The notes under the pieces: model-generated
Told to the model about the DNA's origin: nothing
Databases searched by the model: none
The model's input: the letters and a program-made list of their open reading frames with translations, nothing else
Shown here: positions 1-29,245 of the stretch, piece by piece
Numbering within the stretch: the first letter of the stretch is position 1
Layout: every line of letters starts with the position of its first letter
Made by a program: the position numbers and the translations under genes
Origin: Phoronis australis
Lineage: Eukaryota; Animalia; Phoronida
Direction of reading: 5' to 3'
Length of the DNA stretch: 37,910 nucleotides
Assembly (NCBI GenBank): GCA_002633005.1
Contig: NMRA01000851.1
Coordinates: forward strand, 83,263 to 121,172

Positions 1-243
1 TTTGGCAAGCTGGGATTCGTCAGGCACTCACGCGGCTGTCGACCACTGCAGGCCACAGACAAGGAGATGTTCCACGGCCTCATACTTGCTATTTACAGCG
101 TACTTTTCATTCTTCACTACTGCGATCCACTTCCTAAACATTTCGGACTCTCGAGGAAGACGAAAAAACGATATTCCCGCTTTCCTCGCAGCTGCATAGC
201 TCGCACAAGCGGGAACGATGCACCGCAACATACCGGCATTCAC
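1..243 (-). pseudogene. Degenerate THAP zinc-finger ORF, probably DNA-transposon derived; runs off the window edge
   Basis: MLRCIVPAC...GISFFRLP...RKWIAVV...LVCGLQW fits the THAP pattern C-x4-C...F..P...W...C-x2-H, but His is replaced by Gln and a TGA follows at 28-30. Confidence 0.7.
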
Positions 244-1295
244 TCTGCAGATGAACCACTGACGTCGCTAGCATCGTTTCTCACCTTCCTCACTGGTTAA
301 CGCGACACCTCTTGGCAAGATAAGGTTGACCGTGTGCGAGGCGATGTGGATATACAGTAGACCGATTAATAACGCAAAAAAGACTAATTAAATCGGGTGG
401 CATTCTCCTTTTATTCAGTTCAAGTTTTTCAGTGGTCCATTGGCGGTGCACTACAGGGGGGCTGAAGGGGCTTTAGCCCCCACTTTTTCAGTGCTGCGCC
501 CTCTATACACCTCCGACATGACACTGCCAACCGTACTCACGAGGGGAAGTTGAGATTTCAAATTCATCAAAAAACACAAAACATTCGTGCACAGCACAGA
601 AGCTGTCTTGTAAGAAATGGCGATGCGTCACTGAACTTAGTTGAAGGCTGAAGGACGGACTTGCAAAAATTCGATCCATCATCAGACCACCTTATCGCAA
701 AGAAGGACTCTAAACGATAACAGTGATATTCATGAATGTATTGAATTAAAAACTAGACTAAAGAAATTCAAAAATTTACAAACCGTAGATCGGATCGAAA
801 AAGAAGTTCAAGTCATTGCTCATAAATTTGGAAAGATTGTCTTTGCATTTTCTTGATGCTTGTAGTTCCAAATAGTATTGTGCATCCGATTTGCTTGACA
901 TTCCCGTGCATACTGCAAAGGCTGGACACGTCGTGACTCAGTGACGCACCCACGTTAAAAATAAGGTGTTGGCTGCCCGCGTGGAATCCGCGCACAGTGA
1001 TTAATGGGAAAAGAACTTGAACTGCAGGACTTGAAGTGTGTGCATTTTTGGGACACGCGTTCCATAGCATTTTCCCCAACCGCCCGGCGGCAGAAGCTGG
1101 ACCAGTGGCTGTGTTTCAACAATGAATTTTGATACAGCTCTATAGGCCAAGGATTTCGGGATCATATCTTCCAAAAAAATCTTCAGGAAATGACCGTATT
1201 AAAATAAACTTTTCCCGAAACTGGCTCAAACAAAACGACCTTGGAGCCAGAACACGGGTATAGGTTCGAGTTAAGCCGCACGTCTCAAATGAATT

Positions 1296-1395
1296 ATAGC
1301 TGAGCTGACCAGCGACTAGCATTAGTTCGTCGAACTGTGCATGACTCATAGCGGAGCTGACCAGCGACTAGCATTAGCTCGTCGAATTGCGTATG
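1296..1395. repeat. Two-copy tandem repeat, period 52 bp
   Basis: atagc(t/g)gagctgaccagcgactagcattag(t/c)tcgtcgaa occurs at 1296 and 1348. Confidence 0.9.
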
Positions 1396-1691
1396 CATGG
1401 ATCGGACTTCCCGGCGACTCGGACGCCACGACACCTGCCACCGTGGCGGGAGCAGCTAATTTCTTGACTAACACCTGCTTCTAAATCTGGATTTAAGCAA
1501 AATGACCAAGTCCACGCTTACACATATGCAAGCGTATCCAAATACAATTAAATGTATTTTCATGTGAAACCATTCAATGTTCTTTGAACATTGACTTGTT
1601 AGTTCTTAATTTTCTTAGATCTGCCCAGTCAGGTAGAACTGCGTTTCAAGTCATCCACTATAGGCACCGGAGGGTTCAAATTGGAAGTTCG

Positions 1692-1724
1692 CGTCGTATG
1701 ACGTCGTATGACGTCATATGACGT
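1692..1724. repeat. 10-bp tandem repeat (cgtcgtatga x~3)
   Basis: cgtcgtatga cgtcgtatga cgtcatatga cgt is directly visible. Confidence 0.85.
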
Positions 1725-2893
1725 AGACGATGTGAGCCTCATTTGCATATATAAGTGACATCTGTTGGTTCAAAAAAGAGGATCATGCCCGAGTACATGC
1801 CTGGGAAGAGGCATCTTTTTAAGAGTAAAACAAGTCATGTCCAAAGCATCCTAGTGCCATTAATATGCAGTCTTTGGGGACCAAAGTGGTGTCATTTTAT
1901 AGCTAAAGAGTTAAGCTTTCAAAAACATTGCTTGGATTGCAGACGACCTTAACATTTACTTTTGAAATCACTTTTGAATATCCGTTAAAATGCGCTAAAA
2001 CAGTTGTCCCTTCCTGGTTATCTCTTCCTGGTTCTAGGCATATGATTTCGTGCCTATTTTTGTACTTGCTGCTTATGACTTTAAACTTGACGCACGGTAC
2101 CTGACCTTGAAGTGCATAAATTTAAACTCCCCAGCGCGTCGAGTCATAACAGACTATGGGGGACATTGTTATTCTAGTTACATGTACAGTAGTTTAGTTG
2201 TTTTTATATAATGCAGTTTGGAGTTTATCGCTTACATATAGCTTGTTCATTGAGAAGCATTGGAACACTTTTGTTGGTGTATTTTGAATTGGCTAATGAA
2301 AAGTCATTTGGCCCGCCTTTTCTCCAGTCAGAAACCAGTGCCACTCACATATTGTTTTTGAGAACAGCGGTTTGCAAAGAAATTTGGAATGTGCTAGTTA
2401 ATAGTTGTCTCAAAACATACCTGGATAATATCATTATTTTCTTCTGTTGTGTTCACGTTCCCTTCATCAGAATTCGCAATCCCAAGTTAAGAAAAGCTAT
2501 CATTTAATATGGACACTTGCAAAACATGAATCCTTTGTCCATTTCCGCTTCCGGACGTTGCCCTCGTTTCAGAAGGGCATTTCATTAAAAATAGGTCAGT
2601 ACGTTAACCTTTGACAATTATTTCTCAAATCACGTCACGTCATTTCACGGCAAAAATGACATAGGGAACAAGGCATTGCTTGGACAATGTTGACATTTCC
2701 ACATACATGTATAATATGGTCAACAACTTTCATAAAAAACCTTTTCTGTGTTCGATTTGACACCGGATACTACGTTATGATTCTTGTATGCCTGGAAACT
2801 CTCAAAGTTGTTGTTTTATTGTGCCCAATTTAGTAAGATTTATGTTCCAGCGGATAACTATACGTTGTTGAGCATGATTCTTTTACTAAATAT

Positions 2894-3445
2894 ACAGCTT
2901 TGCGCCGATGTGGGTAACAAACTGACCATATAGAATATGACACAAAATTAGTGTCATTAAATTATACACACTTATTTGAGTAAATAAAATATTTTCTGGT
3001 TTGGGAAAAACCACTGCCGATCTTATGCGTCGGCTTTCGGCGTCATGATATATTACGTCACCTATTGGCCAGTTTCTTTTTTGCCGATTCAAGTGTTGTT
3101 CTTTTACGAAGTTGCGTAAACGTCACAACAAATTATCGGAATTGATTTCACTTCATTATAAGTTTTTAGAATTTTGATACCAGCAAACCGAATTTAAGAA
3201 GAAATTTTGCTGCTGCCAAGCTACATGTATCATCATCTCCCGGGAGATGTCGCAAAAATTTAAGAAATGGTACGTGCCCATGACACGAGCGTACTGTTTT
3301 AGAAACGACGACATAATTTTTCTTTGTCAGAAAAGGCGGAGGATTACGCAAGAAAATGACGTTTATTAGATTGTTTTCCACTTAAACGGCTTTAATGAGC
3401 AAGGTGAGTGTCGGTTGATTCACAAATTTTGCATGCACCCCGTCC
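2894..3445 (-). mobile_element. Truncated copy of the MITE family at 11975-12738, in opposite orientation
   Basis: Starts ta|cagctttgcgccgatgtggg. Segments 3050-3150 and 3170-3385 align by eye with the reverse complement of 12440-12545 and 12240-12425. Confidence 0.8.
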
Positions 3446-3879
3446 GAAGTGACGAGCAGAACTACCCTGGCTGTGTGCCATTTTGAGGTCTGTCGGCACT
3501 GAACACACAGTCGTTCATGTACACTGTACCTATCTGTATTTTGACGACAGTCTTCATACATCTAGCTGGCTGGCTAGGTTCTTAATACTTTTGTACAGAC
3601 AGTTACGTGTCTGGGCTGGTGTGAAGCAACTCAGCTGGCCTAGTATTGGTGTAGCAAGTTTTGTGAAAGCTATTTTCATGTCATGAACTCTGAAGAATTT
3701 GTTGGCTCACGCTTTAAAGTGTAGAGATCAAGTTTGAGTCTAATACTGGAATTAAAGCTTAAAAATATTAGCGACGTTGCGTCCGCATCTCCCAGACTTC
3801 AGCTTGGCTTATGACGTTATCGTTATTCTGGCCTATTTTGGTGGCGTTTTAGCTAAACGGCGCGGCATTGACGTCGACC

Positions 3880-4440
3880 GGCCCATACGTGTGACAAATC
3901 GAATCATAAACCGCCTCTTTTATTTAAAGAGGGACTCTCAATGCGCTCATGGAGAGCTTCCTTTGCACCCCTTTTGAACCAGTCTTCCTCACAGTCTAAG
4001 ATAGTGGCATAATCAGTATTGAAATCATGTCCAGTGGCGCACAGGTGGCTAAAAATAGCCGAATCATAAGAGTCCCCGTAACTAAGACCACGATGTTGTG
4101 ACATACGCATTTTAATGGACTGTTTCGTTTCACCAATGCAACTGTCTGAGCACTGGGGATCCTTACTCCTGACACCATTGACAACACATGATTTATTCAC
4201 CTTGGGGGTCTTGTCCTTGACATTAACCAGTTGGCTGCAGAGAGAATTAAAGGGTTTGTGGATAATACAAATGTCAAACTGTTTAAATGTCCTCTTGAGG
4301 CGGTCAGACAGGCCCTGGACGTAAGAAATAACCACACGAGTAAGAGAACTAACAGTAGTGGTTGTCTGAGTGTTTACTTTTCTCCTCTCTGATCTTTCCG
4401 CTTTGGTGAACGAACAACGTGGATAACCGCAGATTCCATT
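3880..4440 (-). mobile_element. Penelope-like retroelement remnant: post-RT linker plus GIY-YIG endonuclease, 5'-truncated and degenerate
   Basis: Frame reads CGYP...VISYVQGLSDRLKRTF...KP.NSL.SQLV.VKD...CIGETKQSIKMRMSQH...SAIFSHL...GH.F...ILD.EE.WF.RG.KEA...PSLNK.GGL*FDLSHVW. This is a typical Penelope-like C-terminus with both motif tyrosines lost. Confidence 0.9.
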
Positions 4441-4462
4441 CGACAGTTCGGGGGTGCGAATG

Positions 4463-4600
4463 TCTGACGGGCAAAATCCTGGCTAATACTGTGCCCTGGT
4501 CCCCTTAACTCAAAGTCTTGGATCCGCACCTCTGACGGGCAAAATCCCGGCTAATACTGTGCCCTGGCACCCTTAACTCAAAGTCCTGGATCCGCCCCTG
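4463..4600. repeat. Two-copy 68-bp tandem duplication ending in a MITE-like terminus (cctggatccgcccctg)
   Basis: Units begin tctgacgggcaaaatcc at 4463 and 4531 and differ at only a few positions. Confidence 0.88.
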
Positions 4601-5487
4601 AAAACACTCCAGTGTTTTTCAATACAATGACTATAAATATCATGGCATAGCTTTTTAGATATATTTGATAAGCACTAAACTGTTGCTGTCCCATACAGTA
4701 CATTGTATAGGATTACTTTCCTAAGTGCGGGTTAAAAGGTACCTGATTGGGTCGTCAGTGTTTCCGTGCTGCAATGTTATCTCAGCGGTCGAGATTCATT
4801 GGTTGCTGTGTTGTGTTAGTTGATATCTCATTGAATTACAGTCGAACTCGCTAAGTTGGATCCAGTGAGACTGAGATATTTCATCAAAGTCAGAGTTATT
4901 TGGAGTCGTTACTTCGGAATTAATGCTAACCTTTGTGAAATTCCCACTGAAGCACTATCAATTTAGAGAGTTCTACTCAAATGAAGAGGGCAGGAGATTC
5001 AGTCTCGACCTCAGTCATTGGCCCAGATTCAAAATTTATTTTTTATGTAATAGCCATGCTGTTCAATGTGTTCGCTTCAAGCACACAAACTGAACTCCAA
5101 TGAGACCAGTTCCTCTGTTTACCTAGGTAAACCATAAGTTTAACTGATGTTAAATTACACTTGTCATGATCATGTTATTATAAGTAACCAGATTGATGAG
5201 CATCAATAAATGATGCTCGCTGTGTCAATTATTTACCACTCTGAATCCACAGAAGTCTATTCATGAAATGCCAACTCCAATTTCATGCCAGTGAGGTTAC
5301 GCTGCGATTGCATTTGTTTGTTACGATGTTTGTTCTTTCTATGGAATTTGTCTCTTTTGCAACTCATCTGAATTAAATAAGGCTAGTCCCCGAGTCACAA
5401 ATTTTAATAATAGAGTACATATTCATGTGCAGGAGTTGGCTTTCCAGGGCTAAGACAACTGTTGATATCTGTAAATGGATGAAACTA

Positions 5488-5874
5488 TCAAGAAAATCTA
5501 TGGAACTCAAAGTCCTCCTCATTTCCTGGCAGAGGGTAGAAAGCTCTGATGCAGGCTACAACACAGACAGTTCGTCCTAAATGACCGTGTACCCATCTTT
5601 GGAACTGTCTGTAGGCCACCAGTCGCATCCTTTTATCCAAGGGTCTGTCATAGCCATCGGGATATTGACTTTTATATTGCAGCCATGCAGTCTCCAAAAC
5701 ATCACGATTGACGCATACAGGTTTAAAAAGCCCATGTTCTACAATACATTTTTTCTTCTGTGAAAGTTATCACGCTTCATTTCTTCATCAAGTTTTACAA
5801 CAACCTTGTCGACCTCTTGACAACATACTCTTTCTTCAACACCTGGGGTTGCGTGACAGTTGCCACAAGTTCAC
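5488..5874 (-). pseudogene. P2X7 C-terminal ballast / nanor-like Cys-rich domain pseudogene, 3' exon
   Basis: After acceptor ttgcag: (W)*TCGNCHATPGVEERVCCQEV, then a frameshift near 5750-5765, then KCIVEHGLFKPVCVNRDVLETAWLQY...RLVAYRQFQRWVHGHLGRTV-CVVACIRAFYP. Matches WCxCGxC, CC.E, C...H..F..VC.N..VL, R..AYRQF..W..G.LG and CVV..IR...P. Carries a stop, a frameshift and a short deletion. Confidence 0.88.
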
Positions 5875-6859
5875 CTGCAAGATGTTTCAACAATCGTACG
5901 TTACTTCAGTAAACATCAATGAAAATGTTTAATTGAGAAGTTTACCAAGAGTGCCTCTGCCAAGTTTAATTGAGGGGACTGCATACGACTTCAGTTTACA
6001 AGAAAATTGATTGTTCAGGGTAAACCCCACTTGAGCAGCGACCTGTTTACAACAGAACAAAAATCAAATCTGTTTCCAAAAAACAAAATCTGGAACATCA
6101 CAACCTATTTATTTTTCATGCAAATTGATCATGTATAGTAAAAATGTTTACTTTTCATATTAAATGAATAGTGCGACACCCAAGGCAGTGGTAGATTATG
6201 CCCGAGGAATATAGTAATGGACATTAAGTGTTTGATTTATAGCTGACCCTAAGACACAAGGTAGTTGGCCTGATTCATTGACGGAGGGGACTGTTTTGTA
6301 AGTAGTCGTGAGACCTGTTCTCCCAATCTGAACCCTATCGGCACCCACATACCATTAATCAAACTATACAATGCCAATGGCGCAAACCAAGTTGAAAAGC
6401 AAAGTTACCACTCAAACGGTTGCCCGAATTTTAAATATTACAGTAAACATTTCTTAAAACTTCTCCACATGCCATATGGCAATCACCAATCCAGTGGGAC
6501 GCCCTCTATACTCTATAGAAGCTTTACCAGGCGCTTCCTACCCAAGTCGACTCGTACCCAGGCCATGTACCATATTCTTTTTATAAATAATGACAACATT
6601 GGGTCAATGTACATAGACATGAAATGGTTGTTTCCATTTCAAGCATCGCCTTACAAACTAAAACTGTTTTCGAATACATGTGTACATTGATAAGGGTCCG
6701 AGTTGACTTGGCCCTTGACCACGAAAATGAAGTGACCTGTTCTACATGTATATCCTATAGAATTATCCCCCAGGCTCTAGTTGAGAAAGTCTAAATTATA
6801 ATATTGCGATTCTTTCATCCTCTTGTTCACACTTTACAATCGATTATTCCAAAGTGGCT

Positions 6860-7015
6860 CTCATTCATTCCCTTGCATACATTTATTCACTCACTTGTAA
6901 GACCGAGCTCAATCTCAGAGAAGTAGGAGACAATTTTATGCAATGCTCAATTATCTGCCAGTCAAAGCCAGGATTCGAACCCGATTCTCACGAGCTCAAA
7001 CCACTGAGCTATATT
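6860..7015 (-). mobile_element. tRNA-derived SINE-like element
   Basis: Minus strand reads TAGCTCAGTGG (A box), then after a short spacer GGTTCGAATCC (B box, 6971-6981), then non-tRNA sequence. No full cloverleaf; the 3' limit is approximate. Confidence 0.6.
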
Positions 7016-7238
7016 GTTTACATATAATCAGAAATCAAACACTTTTTGGTGATTTGCTAAAATGCAAAAAAATCCCAGTTTGTATCACTGAAACTGGTAT
7101 TTATCCACTACTCAAACATAATTCACCAGTGGGGATGTGGGTTCCTGGGACTGACCAATAAAGCACCTACTGAATTTTGAATTAAAAAGACCAAGTAATA
7201 ATTCGCGGTTGTAGGTTAAATATTAATAATATTCTTAC

Positions 7239-7320
7239 CAGTCAATAACATCCAATCGCAACTCCTGCGCTCTTACTGCCAGTGGATGGTCACTGGACGA
7301 ACCGGCTGGGTCGGGAAAAT
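7239..7320 (-). pseudogene. Probable upstream exon of the ballast/nanor-like pseudogene (FPDPAGSSSDHPLAVRAQELRLDVIDW)
   Basis: Ends GAC TG|GTAAGA, completing a Trp codon with the G at 5874 to give RLDVIDW-*-TCGNC. The frame has stops upstream of 7320, so the 5' limit is unknown. Confidence 0.6.
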
Positions 7321-9460
7321 GCTAGTCTGTGGAGAAGGTGCAACAATAACGATGCACCGCATAATGCTATGGCCGGTGTAGAACCGCGACCCCCGTTGGG
7401 AATTTTTGAAACTGAAATATAACCGCGCGTGAATAGCATTGGCAGATACCGTGGTCAGGTACATGTATAAGTGCCCAGTCACATCCGCGTTGACAAGTCA
7501 ACCAATTACCGACGTTTCAAATTATCATTTTCTCAGTAAATCGAATTGGTGGGTCTTAATGAAGCTGCTTAGAGAGGCTTTATCTGACGGTAAGTGTCGC
7601 CACAACCGGAAATCACAAGGTTAAACCAACCTGTCGAGGAGTTTTACAAAGCGCTGACTCTGTTTAATGGATTGATGATGCTTGTTGACTTAGCAGTAGT
7701 TGCAAATTCGTCATTATAGCTCATTGTAGTGACAATCTTCAACATGTTTCTTCCTTATGGAGTACAGTGTAAAGTTTATTCACATTAAAAATCATCGTTT
7801 TTAAAAAAAGGCACATCAAAGCCCTGAATTTTATCATCAACTGACACTAACCTATAGGCTCAATATATAAACTGCGCTATCAGCGAAGATCATTCTGTAT
7901 TCAAATGTACATGTACTGTGCCTCTAGTGTGAAATTTGATGCAGCAACTCTAACTGTCCCAAATCCAAATATAATCTGCGTGCGTCTCCCTCAGACTGGT
8001 ATTGTATAAACCTTCGAAGCCTTAATCCCGTTAAATTAACCCTGTGCGTGGTGAATTAACGGTGAAATTTTCAAAACAAACTCCAATCTGTGAATTGAAG
8101 GACCCAAAATAGTTAACATGGCGGATTCCAGTTGTACCTTAACTTGTACGCCTATCGAAGATAAAATTTCAAGTTTGAGCAACCAACCCCTTTATAACAA
8201 TCAAGAAATTTGTCCCCAATTTAAATGATTGAGGTCATTAAAAAATCCTTATTTTCATTTCTGTGTAATGCGTTCCTCCTTATTGCTCATTTTATCACTT
8301 AACCTACAATTCAGTTGCAAGGACGGTCTTACATGTATCTTGTGTTTGATCTTGACATTAAGTGCTCTTTGATGAAGCTTAACGGAAGCTCGGATTTTAG
8401 CGCAGATTTCCAATGTTTTACCGCACGTTTAGACGCGGTAAATCACCTATCGGCAATTGCCTGATTTTTCAGTGCGCCAGCGCTATTAGCCAGCAACCCT
8501 TGTACTTTAATCATAAACGACGTTGTTTTTCATAACCACAGTTTAACTAAATTCAAACTGCTAAATAATGTGGAGGGCACTCAAATAACATTCATGGGCG
8601 AGCGAAAACATAGCTTCTGAATTGCTTCGGGAGTGTCCGCCAAAAACCCTGATGCTCGAAATCGTCTGCCATGAATGTCACGTCACGAAATAAGGTTCTT
8701 GAGGTTGTGATTTTGGCCTTTATTCGTCATTTTTGTCGTCAAATCAGCACTCGAAGGCAATTTGAAGTCATCAAGTGAAAGAAGGTATTCAAAAATTTGG
8801 TGAATGCTAGTTTCGCGGAGTTTTATGCACATCTGAGTAGAAAATTCTGACTAAACAGATTTTGAGTGTCCAACCTTTATGATTTCTTAGTAGTGAGTAA
8901 CGTCATTTGCTATCGAGGAACAGATGAACTCAAGCGCCTGTGTGTTCCACCCGACTATATTGTTTTTAATTGAATAGCATAAGAAATTGGACATGCGCAG
9001 CTTCCATATTTCAACTGTGCACGTGCATTCGAGAAACGAGCGTAGAAATTAGGGTGGAGGAACGTTTTGACTAAATCGCTCATGATCGAAACATGTTAAT
9101 TATTATCCATTCAAATTAAAATCATTATTTAAACAAAAACGTTACTTTAATATTTCCATGAGGAGATGAGAGAGAACCTGCAGCAGCTTGCAGACAGCCA
9201 GTGTATTCACGCATCGCCAAAGTACATGTATTACGATGCACATATGCTTGGATCGTGACAGATTAGTTATGATCCTTGCAGAACATTACAGAAACACTTA
9301 CAGTTGCACAACGCTTAATGGTTAGAGAACTACAGAGACACATAGCTAAAATCACGTACAACATGCACAAACGAAAATTAAGGAAAAACACGTTTTACGA
9401 AATTATTATGAAACCAAATACCGAAGAATGCAACATCTACATTTTGATGATTTTTTGTCA

Positions 9461-9737
9461 CACCGTCAAACGGGCGTGTGGTTAAAATAAGTCCATTTTA
9501 CTTTTGAAAGCGACACTGTCCTTGGACGAATACGTGTATACACCTGTACATAAGTCGTACACATCACTGGTATAATACATAGGCTGTTTTCCAAAAGTTT
9601 AGGACCACTACTTTTGTTGAAGACTTTCTGTCGCGCCGTCAAACAGGCGTGTTGAGAAAATTAATTATCACAAGTCCAGTTTGCTTTTGGAAACGGCACT
9701 GTCCGTGGACAATATCGTAAGTCGTACACATCACTAT
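9461..9737. repeat. Diverged two-copy direct repeat (~100 bp units, ~175 bp apart)
   Basis: ccgtcaaac.ggcgtgt...aagtcca.tt..cttttg.aa.cg.cactgtcc.tggac...taagtcgtacacatcact at ~9461-9568 and ~9636-9735; a partial echo lies at 10861-10890. Confidence 0.75.
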
Positions 9738-9901
9738 GTCGGTGTGTGTGACTGTAATAATAATAATACGTTTATTTGTATTAAAGGCCTCTGGTCCAAA
9801 GTACAATAAACAAAAAAGAATTAAGCTTCGCCAAATGGGGGCTCGTTGGAGCCCCCGGAGCCCTCCCTCCCCGCTAGGTGCGCGCATGCGAAATAAAAAG
9901 C

Positions 9902-9907
9902 TTTATT
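9902..9907 (-). promoter_or_regulatory. Candidate polyadenylation signal AATAAA for the TMC gene
   Basis: tttatt on the + strand about 540 nt past the predicted stop; another lies at 9771-9776. The hexamer is common in AT-rich DNA. Confidence 0.3.
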
Positions 9908-10446
9908 TGAACAGATGCTAGGCTATCCAGATACATGTACTGTCAGCATTAATTTTACAAAGTAGGGAAACACAATTCAATCATCCAAACGTACAATGTA
10001 GGCTAGTAAACTGAAATAGCCTATTGCTTCACCTCCAATGCACTACTGTAAGCAAAGCATTTAAATTGATTAGTGGTTTGAATAGAAAACCATATAAGGA
10101 TTCCCGCGGTGACGTAAACACAACTAAGCCAGTAAGCCTAAATGTCCACTACGTTGTGCAATTGATGGCATTGCAACCAAAACTTAATTTTGAACAGAAT
10201 GCCTCCTCCCAGAGATAAATGTACAAGTAGGGGTAAGGACCTAAACTTACGCATCTTTTCAAACACGTTATGTCTGTGTGCGTGCGTGCGTGCGGGCCTG
10301 NGTGATTAACAATAGGCCCTAATGGTGAACTATCTAGAGTTGGTATATTTAACACAAAACTTTGTCTACATCTTTTAACACAAAAATATGATTTAGCCGC
10401 CGTGTAGACTTTCCCAAAGAAGACGTAGACTTTACGCATCAAACTA

Positions 10447-29245
<18,799 letters not shown>

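Noticed and set aside
3450-3900. Hammerhead ribozyme expected near a Penelope-like 3' end
   Set aside because: I could not identify CTGANGA and GAAA cores with flanking stems by eye on the element strand.
1296-4600. Short direct repeats (1296-1395, 4463-4600) as CRISPR-like arrays
   Set aside because: Only two adjacent units each, no unique spacers, no cas genes, and a eukaryotic context.
6965-7015. tRNA gene
   Set aside because: A and B boxes are present but there is no anticodon arm or acceptor stem; treated as a SINE head.
7277-7411. Phase 2-2 exon-like segment as an extra TMC exon
   Set aside because: No recognisable similarity, it lies beyond the predicted stop, and the overlapping sequence is better explained by the ballast pseudogene exon.
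8036-8060. piggyBac-like terminus TTAA|CCCT
   Set aside because: No matching inverted end or transposase was found.
10260-10310. ORF 10149-10460 spanning a (GCGT)n repeat and an N base
   Set aside because: Falls in the predicted 3'UTR, includes simple repeat and an ambiguous base, and has no coding signal.
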